NCBI GenBank assembly: GCA_045862955.1
Contig: BTVI01000012.1
Span: 1 to 64,000 of the forward strand
Direction: 5' to 3'
DNA length: 64,000 bases
Source: Fimbriimonadales bacterium
GTDB lineage: Bacteria > Armatimonadota > Fimbriimonadia > Fimbriimonadales > JABRVX01
In this document: piece by piece, positions 9,777 through 18,140 of the stretch
How positions within the stretch are numbered: the stretch's first letter is position 1
How the letters are laid out: each line of letters begins with the position of its first letter
Position numbers and translations under genes: made by a program
The notes under the pieces: model-generated
What the model saw: the letters and a program-made list of their open reading frames with translations, nothing else
Database searches by the model: none
What the model was told of the DNA's origin: nothing

Positions 9777-11051
9777 ATGGCGAGCAGAGCTATTGCCGTG
9801 GGCGCGTGTGTGTGTGCGTTTTACGGGGTGACGGCCCAGACCCTATATCATGTCGCGTACACAGATGTAGTGGTCATCGGCCGCGTTTCCTCTGAGCCAA
9901 GTGTCACCGTTCGTGTGCCCACTCTGCAGAAACCGGAGGGGCCGGTGACTGGTCAGGCCAAGTTAGGGCAATACGAATTCGAGGTGCAGCAGACGATCAA
10001 GGGTCAGGCATCCGGCAAGATCAAAGTGGTGGGATACCAGGGGGACATCACGGGCCGTGGCGGTGAGACAGGTGAGTCGGGCACTGACTTGAGGGAGTGG
10101 GCCAGGAACGAGCGTGCCGGGATACCTATTCCGCGCGGGTCACGCATCATACTTCTGCTTCAGGAAGCCGATGCCTCGGGTGCAGCCCGTTACATGCGGC
10201 ACCCAAATAGCGACGGAAGCGTGGGGGATGAGGACTACATCAGGCTGCCGGACCGCGTTCGGAATGCCTTGACGAGCTTCATCTTCCAGGAGCCCCCGTA
10301 CCGGTACATGATTCCCGACTCCGCACCGCAGACCTTCCCCTTGAAGCACGACTATCCGGGCAGAGACATGATGCGCGTGTGGGTGCGTGCTACCGAGGGC
10401 TTGCCGGTTGACGAGCAGAAGGGACTCGTGGAGGACCTGGGCCTGGTCCGCGTCAGTCTGTGGCCCACAGCAGCGAACTTCAATTACGATTGGACAGGCT
10501 TCCGCACGGACTATGACCGGAGGATCGCGGACCAGTTCGGCCCCAACCCCCTCAAGTTCTACCGCGAGGAGATAGCCCCTAACCTGCCGCCAATCGGACC
10601 GAAGACCACCGAACTCCAGATCATCCTGCGGCACGTAATCGCAGGCAGCTACGGGGACCCGGACGCGGCGAAGGAGATCGCTGCCGCAGTGTTCGCGCTC
10701 GACACCAGCAAGTCACCTAAGCTCCGGGAACGCGTCGCAGAGATCGTCGGTGGCTTGGGGCTTCTGCCCAACGGGAACGAAGCCGCAGTATCTCTCTACA
10801 CCCACCGCGACGCTCTGATCGTTCAGAAGGCACTGATGAACCCCTTCCCCCCGGGTGAAGGAAAGAAGTACGCGAAGCAGGTCGTGGCGCTGCTCGACCA
10901 CGAGTGGGAGGGGGTACGCCTGGAGGCACTGCGCATGCTCTCCATGATCTACGGCGAGCCGGACAAGGACTGGGACATGGACAAGATCGGCACCCGCAGT
11001 TACCCCTCCGAGGCGCTGATCCAGTACTGGAAGGAGAAGGTCGGCAAGTAG
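9777..11051 (+). CDS. Hypothetical secreted protein with C-terminal HEAT-like repeat
   Basis: AGGAGG RBS; 424-aa ORF; LLDHEWEGVRLEALRML HEAT-like segment. Confidence 0.75.
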   Translation: MASRAIAVGACVCAFYGVTAQTLYHVAYTDVVVIGRVSSEPSVTVRVPTLQKPEGPVTGQAKLGQYEFEVQQTIKGQASGKIKVVGYQGDITGRGGETGESGTDLREWARNERAGIPIPRGSRIILLLQEADASGAARYMRHPNSDGSVGDEDYIRLPDRVRNALTSFIFQEPPYRYMIPDSAPQTFPLKHDYPGRDMMRVWVRATEGLPVDEQKGLVEDLGLVRVSLWPTAANFNYDWTGFRTDYDRRIADQFGPNPLKFYREEIAPNLPPIGPKTTELQIILRHVIAGSYGDPDAAKEIAAAVFALDTSKSPKLRERVAEIVGGLGLLPNGNEAAVSLYTHRDALIVQKALMNPFPPGEGKKYAKQVVALLDHEWEGVRLEALRMLSMIYGEPDKDWDMDKIGTRSYPSEALIQYWKEKVGK

Positions 11052-11171
11052 CCCGTCTCTACCGCCGTACGACAGCGTCTTGCAGAGCCTCGCCGGCGAG
11101 GGGACCGCGAGCGTCCGCACGCGGGTACACTGCGGCGGCAGTCCGCCGAGATCGGGGACTGTCGTTGCCTT

Positions 11172-12521
11172 ATGATCCTTCACGGAACCCAAGAGATCGA
11201 CCAACACGGCGTACTGACCATCGGCGGCTGCCTGGCGACCGATCTTGCCGAACGGTTCGGCACGCCGCTGTACGTGCTGGACGAGGCCTGCTTCCGCGCC
11301 AACTGCCGCCGATACCTCGCGGCCTCGCGCGCCGCCTACGAAAACAGCGACGTCGCCTTCGCCTCCAAAGCGCTAATGACCTCCGCCGTGGTGCGCATCT
11401 GCGACGAAGAAGATCTGTGGCTGGATGTGGCTTCGCCTGGCGAGATGCTAACCGCCCAACGGGCCGCCTTCCCGATGAGCCGCACCATCTATCACGGAAG
11501 TAACAAGTCGCTCGCCGAGATTCGGGCCGCCGTGGCTGCGAACGTGGGCCTGATCGTGGTGGACTGGCTGGGCGAGTTGGAGCAGATCGAGCAGGCGGGG
11601 GCCGAGGCCGGCCGTAAGGTGCCCATCCTGCTTCGGCTGGCGCCAGGCGTCGACCCCGACACCCACCACGCCATTCGCACGGGTCAACCGGACACCAAGT
11701 TCGGCCTCAGCATCCGAGGAGAAGCGGCGGATGCGGGCGTAGCCGCGGCGCTCGCCCTGCCCCACGTGCAACTTCTCGGATACCATTCGCACGTCGGCTC
11801 TCAGCTCCTAGACATGGAGGCACACCACGAAGCGGTGGTAGAGATGGTGCAGTTCGCCGCCCGGATGGCGGCGAGACACGGCTACTCACCGGCCATCCTG
11901 AACATCGGCGGTGGCCTCGGCATCCGCTACACCGAGCAAGACGAGCCTCCCAGCTTCGAGGAGTTCCACGACCAGCTAGTACGCACTCTGACCGAGCAAC
12001 TACGGCTCACCGGGCTGGAGCCGCCCAAGCTGATGCAGGAGCCCGGCCGCTCGTTGGTAGCGGAAGCAGGCACCACGCTCTACACTGTCGGCGCCATCAA
12101 GCACCTGGACCTTCCCACTGGCCAGCAGCGAATCTACGTCTCGGTGGATGGAGGCCTCTCCGACAACCCGAGGCCCCAGATGTACGGCGCGGTGTACGAG
12201 TGCGCGCTCGCCAATCGAATGAACGACCCAGCCGACACCGAGTGTCGCATCGCAGGCGCCCACTGCGAGACCGACACGCTCATCGCGTCGGCAGAGCTGC
12301 CGATGCCCCGAACCGGCGATCTACTCGCGGTTCCCTGCACCGGTGCCTACTGTTACTCCATGGCCTCGAACTACAATCGTTTCCAGCGCCCGGCCATGGT
12401 CCTGGCGCATGATGGACAGGCCGAGATCATCGTGGAGCGAGAGACACCGGAAGACGTGCTGCGCATGGACCGCATCCCGGAGAGGCTTCGTTGCGTAGAA
12501 GACAGGGGGATCAGAGCGTGA
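11172..12521 (+). CDS. lysA: Diaminopimelate decarboxylase
   Basis: FGTPLYV, FASKA (PLP Lys), DTKFG, HSHVGSQ, NIGGGLG, EPGRSLV, CETD and GAYCYSMASNYN. Confidence 0.96.
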   Translation: MILHGTQEIDQHGVLTIGGCLATDLAERFGTPLYVLDEACFRANCRRYLAASRAAYENSDVAFASKALMTSAVVRICDEEDLWLDVASPGEMLTAQRAAFPMSRTIYHGSNKSLAEIRAAVAANVGLIVVDWLGELEQIEQAGAEAGRKVPILLRLAPGVDPDTHHAIRTGQPDTKFGLSIRGEAADAGVAAALALPHVQLLGYHSHVGSQLLDMEAHHEAVVEMVQFAARMAARHGYSPAILNIGGGLGIRYTEQDEPPSFEEFHDQLVRTLTEQLRLTGLEPPKLMQEPGRSLVAEAGTTLYTVGAIKHLDLPTGQQRIYVSVDGGLSDNPRPQMYGAVYECALANRMNDPADTECRIAGAHCETDTLIASAELPMPRTGDLLAVPCTGAYCYSMASNYNRFQRPAMVLAHDGQAEIIVERETPEDVLRMDRIPERLRCVEDRGIRA

Positions 12522-13150
12522 CCAACCCTAGCGACTTCGTCATGCAGATGGCTATCGTGCTCGGGAGCATCACCGTGCACGAGTTCGCTCACGCCAAGAG
12601 CGCGGACATGGCGGGGGACATGACGCCGCGCCTCTACGGCCGCGTGACGCTCAACCCCACCCGTCACTTCGAGCCTATGGGGTTGTTCATGATCTTCTTC
12701 TCCAGCCTCGCCGGGTTCGGCTTCGGTTGGGGCAAGCCGGTACCGATAGACCCACGCAAAATGCGCAGTCCGCGGTGGGACAGCGTGCTGGTGACGGCAT
12801 GGGGGCCCTTCTCGAACCTGCTGATCGCTCTCGGCGCCGCGGTACTTCTTCGCCTGGCTCCGACGTTGACTGCACAGGGAATCGCTGGCAACTTCTTGTT
12901 GCTAACCATTGTCATCAATCTCACTCTGGCATTCTTCAACCTGATACCGCTCTTCCCGCTGGACGGGAGCTGGATTCTGCAAGGCCTCTTGCCGGAGCGG
13001 TTCGGTTTTCAGCTATCTCAGTGGAACCGCAGGTACGGCGCCATGGTGCTCCTCACCTGCCTGCTGGTATTGCCGCTCGTCGGGCTGCCCGTCATCGAAT
13101 GGGTGCTGATGCCCCCGGTGATGCAGGCTTTCCGAATCTTGGTCGGCTAG
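12518..13150 (+). CDS. Site-2 (M50) membrane metalloprotease
   Basis: HEFAH, GWGKPVP, GPFSN, FNLIPLFPLDGS; GTG start overlaps lysA stop. Confidence 0.93.
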   Translation: MTNPSDFVMQMAIVLGSITVHEFAHAKSADMAGDMTPRLYGRVTLNPTRHFEPMGLFMIFFSSLAGFGFGWGKPVPIDPRKMRSPRWDSVLVTAWGPFSNLLIALGAAVLLRLAPTLTAQGIAGNFLLLTIVINLTLAFFNLIPLFPLDGSWILQGLLPERFGFQLSQWNRRYGAMVLLTCLLVLPLVGLPVIEWVLMPPVMQAFRILVG

Positions 13151-13163
13151 GCTAAACTTAGGC

Positions 13164-14144
13164 ATGCCCAAGCAACGTCTTCTGAGCGGGATGCAGCCTA
13201 CGCAGCCCATGCTCCACCTCGGCAACTACGAAACCCTGCGCACCTGGGTCCGCCTCCAAGACGAGTTCGAGATGTACTGCTGCATCGTGGACTGGCATGC
13301 CCTGACCACGTTGGCCGAGTGCTCCGACCAGATCGCGACCAACTCCCGTAGCGTCGCGATCGACTACCTCGCCGCGGGGCTGGACCCGGAGCGGAACTCC
13401 ATCTTCATCCAGTCGCACGTGAAGGAGCACGCCGAGCTGGCGCTGCTGTTGGGCATGGTCACGCCGCTCTCGTGGCTGGAGCGCGTGCCCACTTACAAGG
13501 AGAAGCGTGAGAACCTACAGATCGAGTCGGTGTCCTTCGGTCTGCTCGGCTACCCGGTGTTGCAGGCTGCGGACATCCTGCTCTACAAGCCCTACGGCGT
13601 CCCCGTGGGCAAGGACCAACTACCCCATCTGGAGCTGACCCGCGAGATAGCGCGACGCTTCAACTTCCTGTACGGAGAGGTGTTCCCCGAACCGCAGAAC
13701 ATCCTGAGCGACGTGCCGATGATGATGGGCCTGGACGGCCGGAAGATGAGCAAGTCATACGGCAACGCAATCTTCGTGGCGGACAGCGCCGACGAGACCA
13801 CCGCGAAGATAAAGACTGCATTCACCGACCCGGAGAAGATCCGTAAGGACGATCCGGGCCACCCCGAGGGCTGCGCGGTGTTCAGCCTGCACACCGTGTA
13901 CAACCGCGCGAACTTGGCCACCGTGGAAAGCGAGTGCCGAAGCGGTGCTCGGGGGTGCGTGGCGTGCAAGAAGGAGTGCGCGGAGGCCGTGAACGCCTCG
14001 CTTCGGGAGGTTCGGGCGCGAAGGGCGGAGCTGGAGAAGGACCCCGAAGGTGTCGAGGCCATTCTGCAACGTGGTGCCGAGCGGGCGAGGGCATTCGCTT
14101 CGCAGACGATGCAGGAAGTCCGAGAGGCTATGAAGCTCCGGTGA
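13164..14144 (+). CDS. trpS: Tryptophan--tRNA ligase
   Basis: SGMQPT, HLGN, YPVLQAADILLY, VPVGKDQ, KMSKS. Confidence 0.97.
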   Translation: MPKQRLLSGMQPTQPMLHLGNYETLRTWVRLQDEFEMYCCIVDWHALTTLAECSDQIATNSRSVAIDYLAAGLDPERNSIFIQSHVKEHAELALLLGMVTPLSWLERVPTYKEKRENLQIESVSFGLLGYPVLQAADILLYKPYGVPVGKDQLPHLELTREIARRFNFLYGEVFPEPQNILSDVPMMMGLDGRKMSKSYGNAIFVADSADETTAKIKTAFTDPEKIRKDDPGHPEGCAVFSLHTVYNRANLATVESECRSGARGCVACKKECAEAVNASLREVRARRAELEKDPEGVEAILQRGAERARAFASQTMQEVREAMKLR

Positions 14145-14884
14145 CGGCCCCGATTCGAGCGGTCTTCTTCGACCTGGACGACACGCTGTGCAACTACATG
14201 GAGGTTGCACGCGAGGCGCGCAAAGAGGTCTTTCGGAACCTAGCCGCCGAGCGCCCGGAGCTGTCCGCCGACGCCCTCTATCGCGTGTGGAAAGAGGAGT
14301 TCAAGCGCATGCTGCCCGAGGTTCGTCCCGGCGGCGCGTGGCGGGCCAAGTACCTGGTTTCTGGGGCAACTACGAGGACCGAGGTGATGCGCCGAGTGCT
14401 CGCTCGCTTCGGCATCGAGGACCAGCGACTGGCAGCCCGCCTTTCCGACGAGTACAACGCGGGGCGACTAGCGCGCCTCCGGCTGTTTCCCGACGCAGAG
14501 GAAGTGCTAGACAAGCTGTCTGAGCGCTTCCCGATGGGGCTGATCACGAACGGCCCAGCGGACAGCCAGCGAGAGGAGATCGCTGCGCTCGGCATCCGCA
14601 AGTGGTTCCCGCACATCTTCATCGAGGGCGAGTTCGGAGTGGGCAAACCCGATCCAGCCATCTTTCACGCTGCGGCGGGCAGCGTGCGCGTGCGGCCAGA
14701 AGAGCTGCTCTTCGTCGGGAATGCGCTGGAGCACGACATCCGCGGTGCGAGGCGCGCGGGGTTGCAGACCTGCTGGCTCACCTCCGAGGAGGTGGACCCG
14801 GACGAGGCGGACTACGTGGCCGACTCGCTCACCGAGATCGCTGCATGGATTGACGAGCGCACGGCTGCGGACTGCAGCGAGTAG
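14141..14884 (+). CDS. HAD-superfamily hydrolase
   Basis: FDLDDTL, ITNG, KPDPAIF, VGNALEHDI motifs; GTG start overlaps trpS stop. Confidence 0.9.
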   Translation: MTAPIRAVFFDLDDTLCNYMEVAREARKEVFRNLAAERPELSADALYRVWKEEFKRMLPEVRPGGAWRAKYLVSGATTRTEVMRRVLARFGIEDQRLAARLSDEYNAGRLARLRLFPDAEEVLDKLSERFPMGLITNGPADSQREEIAALGIRKWFPHIFIEGEFGVGKPDPAIFHAAAGSVRVRPEELLFVGNALEHDIRGARRAGLQTCWLTSEEVDPDEADYVADSLTEIAAWIDERTAADCSE

Positions 14885-14897
14885 GACGTCGACCTAA

Positions 14898-15382
14898 TAT
14901 CCCTCCACATCGCGGATGTGGAGGGATACGATGCTGGAGCTGTCGGTCGGCACCCGATCGCCGGAACCGCACACCGCGACGCAAGGCACTTAGATACCCT
15001 CCACATCGCGGATGTGGAGGGATACGATGCTGGAGCTGCCGGTCGGCACCCGATCGCCGGAACCGCACACCGCGACCTGGGCACTTAGATACCCTCCACA
15101 TCGCGGATGTGGAGGGATACGATGCTGGAGCTGCCGGTGGGCACCCGATCACCGGAACCGCACACCGCGACGCAGGGCACTTAGATACCCTCCACATCGC
15201 GGATGTGGAGGGATACGATGCTGGAGCTGCCGGTCGGCACCCGATCGCCGGAACCGCACACCGCGACGCAGGGCACTTAGATACCCTCCACATCGCGGAT
15301 GTGGAGGGATACGGATCGCCGGAACCGCACACCGCGACCTGGGCACTTAGATACCCTCCACATCGCGGATGTGGAGGGATAC
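14898..15382. repeat. Tandem REP/BIME-like array with 6 copies of hairpin CCCTCCACATC-GCG-GATGTGGAGGG
   Basis: Hairpins start at 14901, 14997, 15092, 15188, 15284 and 15354 (period 95-96, last unit shortened); linkers nearly identical. Confidence 0.93.
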
Positions 15383-15517
15383 GGAGAACGTCTCCGCGCC
15401 CTTGGTTCACTCCTTGCTCACAGCCGATTGTCGTCGCCACCCACCCCCCTTCGCCTGGCCGCAGGCAGTGGTGCCGTGCGGTCCGACCGCCGGATGGCCA
15501 GCGACCTCGAGAGCAGG

Positions 15518-16093
15518 TCAGTTTGAGCGCGGGTCTACCCAGACTTCTGGTTTGGCAGCTATCTCGTCGGATACGCGATGGAAGTTGTACGGCTGGAAGC
15601 CCCCCATAGTCGCGACCAAACAGCTAGGAAAGGCTTGGATAGCCGAGTTGTACTCTGCGACCGCTGCCTGCAGGAAACGCCTGGCAGCGGCGATGTCCTC
15701 CTCCGTAGCAGCCTGGACTTTCTGCGCTTGAGTGTAGGTCTCGATGCTCATCTGAGGGGTGCTCTCGGCGAAAGCGATGGGTCCTGTGCGTTCCTGGTAC
15801 TTGGCCTCACAAGTTTCTTCGTGCGGCCCCTCAGACCCATCTCTCACGCCGGCGATTCGCTCGCGACTGGTTAGAGCGTCCCTCAGATACTCGCGCTGAA
15901 CTTGCGCCGACTCGCGTGCAGCACTAGCCATGTCTGGAACGAGTTCGTGGCGCTGTTGAAGCTGCGCAGCGAGTGTGCCCGCCGCTTCCCTGACCTCGTT
16001 CCGCAGGCGCGTGAGCCGATTGTAGGTTGCGATCCAGTAGAGGACGAGCACGAGACCGAAACCCAAGGACATGAATACGAAGATCGAATCCAT
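15518..16093 (-). CDS. lemA: LemA family protein
   Basis: N-terminal TM helix; YNRL..LRN; QLQQRHELVP; IAAARRF...YN...FP. Confidence 0.8.
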   Translation of the reverse strand: MDSIFVFMSLGFGLVLVLYWIATYNRLTRLRNEVREAAGTLAAQLQQRHELVPDMASAARESAQVQREYLRDALTSRERIAGVRDGSEGPHEETCEAKYQERTGPIAFAESTPQMSIETYTQAQKVQAATEEDIAAARRFLQAAVAEYNSAIQAFPSCLVATMGGFQPYNFHRVSDEIAAKPEVWVDPRSN

Positions 16094-16117
16094 AGTTGTG
16101 CCTCCTGATGTCAGCTC

Positions 16118-17074
16118 TTACGTCTCGGGAGCTAAGGTCCGAACAACAGCGGTCACGAACGCTACACCCTGCTCGCAGCGTCTGATTGTCGCCTCCAAGT
16201 CTCCGTCTCGGATGGGACGGAAAAGGAGCGGTCTCCGTCCCATATCGAGTCGGAGGCCCTCCAGCCCCACCGCCATCACGTTGTCGCGGTAAGACACTCG
16301 CAGTGACTGCCGGGTCTGCGACATAAAACTCTCCAATGCTGCCTGCTTCGTCGGATCTAAGATACGGTGTGCCACAAAGGGCCTGTCAGCGGCGACACTG
16401 TACGACTTGCTGATCGTCGGGCTCGCCACCTGCGTCGGCCTCAGTTGTGAAGGCACACCCATACGGCGCGGGTTCACAACCACCCAGCCAGGGTGCGGCA
16501 TCTGCACTCGCGCCCGAATAAGCATCCCTGTGAAGACGTCATCTTCGACGGTCTCTTTTTTATCCTCGGACCCTAACCGCGACTGTTGGTGAACCTCTGT
16601 AACCCGTAGGTTACATGCCGAGCATTCTCCAACATGTAGCAGCGTGTCACCAGAGTACCGGTCATAGGGCCGTGTGTTGATGCCGGAGGCATCGAAGAAG
16701 TTGCTTGGGAGGTAGCCGTTGGGCTCGAGTGAGGCGTCCGGGCTAATCGCCGAGAGCACCCGCGCTCGCCACGCGTCGAACGCTATGCTGTACCTCTTCT
16801 GAGCGGGGTAGTCGAGAGCCGCTAAGAACCCTATTATCACCAGTCCGCCAAGGCCCATCGCGAGGGCTCCCATAGGGTATCTGCCGGACGCGAAGAAACC
16901 GGCACAGGCAACCGTGACGGTGACTGCTATCAGCACGGCGAACCGTCGTTGCCATGCGGCTGCCCGAAGACGCTCCAGTGCGCCGAGCCCTTCCCGGCAG
17001 AGCGCGGCTCTAGACTGAGGATCGAGGCCAACCTGGCTCTCGATCTGAAAATCGAACGCCGATGCTCTTGTCAT
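16118..17074 (-). CDS. DUF3137-like membrane-anchored protein
   Basis: Two N-terminal TM helices; DRYSGD and VFTGML segments; adjacent to lemA, a usual pairing. Confidence 0.6.
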   Translation of the reverse strand: MTRASAFDFQIESQVGLDPQSRAALCREGLGALERLRAAAWQRRFAVLIAVTVTVACAGFFASGRYPMGALAMGLGGLVIIGFLAALDYPAQKRYSIAFDAWRARVLSAISPDASLEPNGYLPSNFFDASGINTRPYDRYSGDTLLHVGECSACNLRVTEVHQQSRLGSEDKKETVEDDVFTGMLIRARVQMPHPGWVVVNPRRMGVPSQLRPTQVASPTISKSYSVAADRPFVAHRILDPTKQAALESFMSQTRQSLRVSYRDNVMAVGLEGLRLDMGRRPLLFRPIRDGDLEATIRRCEQGVAFVTAVVRTLAPET

Positions 17075-17221
17075 TGTCCCCGCACCCCAAACTACAACGG
17101 TGACCGCGTACTCACTACCGCTCAAGATACCCCCCGTCTGGTGATTGGGTTGCAGGCGATCTTTCTGCCACACCGTGCGGAGCTACTCGCTTTCGTAGCA
17201 TGTGCACGCGGGGGGGCGAGT

Positions 17222-17521
17222 CGCCCAACCCCGCTGAACGCTCCGCGAGGGGAGTGGCAGCTATCCCGCGTGTACTCGGTGCTCGGGCGGGCCGAGCCTG
17301 CGCTGCATCACGCGCGCCGGACGCTGGAGCTGTGCGAGCAGCACGGCTATGGCGACTTCGACCTCGCATTCGCTTACGAGGCTCTCGCGCGGGCGCACGC
17401 GGCCGCAGGGGACCGCGCCGGGCGCGACAGGTACTTCCAGAAGGGCCTCGAAGCGGCCGAGGGAATCGAGGACAAAGAGGACAGAGACCTCTTCCTATCC
17501 GACCTGAACAGCGTTCCTTAG
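17222..17521 (+). pseudogene. C-terminal remnant of a conserved TPR-like hypothetical protein
   Basis: TPLN..RGEWQLSRVYSVLGRAEPALHHA...DFDLAFAYEALARA matches, from memory, the C-terminal part of a ~150-aa family; no start or RBS upstream. Confidence 0.6.
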
Positions 17522-17584
17522 GTCGGGCCCGTGTGGCTCCGGCTCCATCCCTCTCCTTCCCAGTAAGTGCGCGTACCGGGTCAG

Positions 17585-17800
17585 GGGTCGAACTGCGGTC
17601 TAAGGGATGCCTCTGCGTGCCTTGCGTGATAGCCCGGGCTGCCACGTGTGATGGGGCCCAGGGCGCCGGCATGGGCTATCACGCGGAGATGGCAAAGATG
17701 GACCAACAGCGCAGAGACTCGGCGACCGTAGGCTCCCACTGGCCGGTCGTAGGTGCTAACCTGCGATCTCGGCGAGCCCACTGCGAGCTTAGCGTGACAT
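17585..17800. repeat. Degenerate REPIN-like element (copy 2 of 3)
   Basis: Perfect 12-bp inverted repeat GCGTGATAGCCC (17624-17635) / GGGCTATCACGC (17673-17684); arms resemble the 7.3-kb and 48.6-kb copies. Confidence 0.55.
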
Positions 17801-17918
17801 CGAGAGCTATGCCCTCGCGATGGTGCCGGTCGCGCTCGCGAGGCGCTGTTTATTAGTAGTCCTAGCTCGCCGGACGTAGGACCATCGGTCCGCACGCGGT
17901 ACGATTCGCCCTCGAGCG

Positions 17919-18140
17919 ATGGACTGGAATCGGCTGAATCGGGCGGGCATACCGCGCGGCGAGTTGGTCAGCTACCTGAAAAGCCCGGTGCGGTTGCGGC
18001 TAGCGAGGCAGCGAGGCTACTGCCTCCTCTGTCGTTCGCAACCGGTCAACGAGATCGCGCTCTGCGAGGGCTGCTTCGCGTGCCTCACCGACGAAGAACG
18101 CCGCCTCGCGGAACCCTATCTGACGGGGCGCGGGCCCTAG
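17919..18140 (+). CDS. Small hypothetical zinc-finger protein
   Basis: 73 aa; CLLC...CEGCFAC; upstream TACGAT -10-like box. Confidence 0.65.
   Translation: MDWNRLNRAGIPRGELVSYLKSPVRLRLARQRGYCLLCRSQPVNEIALCEGCFACLTDEERRLAEPYLTGRGP

Noticed and set aside
14898..15382. CRISPR array
   Set aside because: The ~70-bp linkers are nearly identical rather than unique spacers, so this is a tandem REP array
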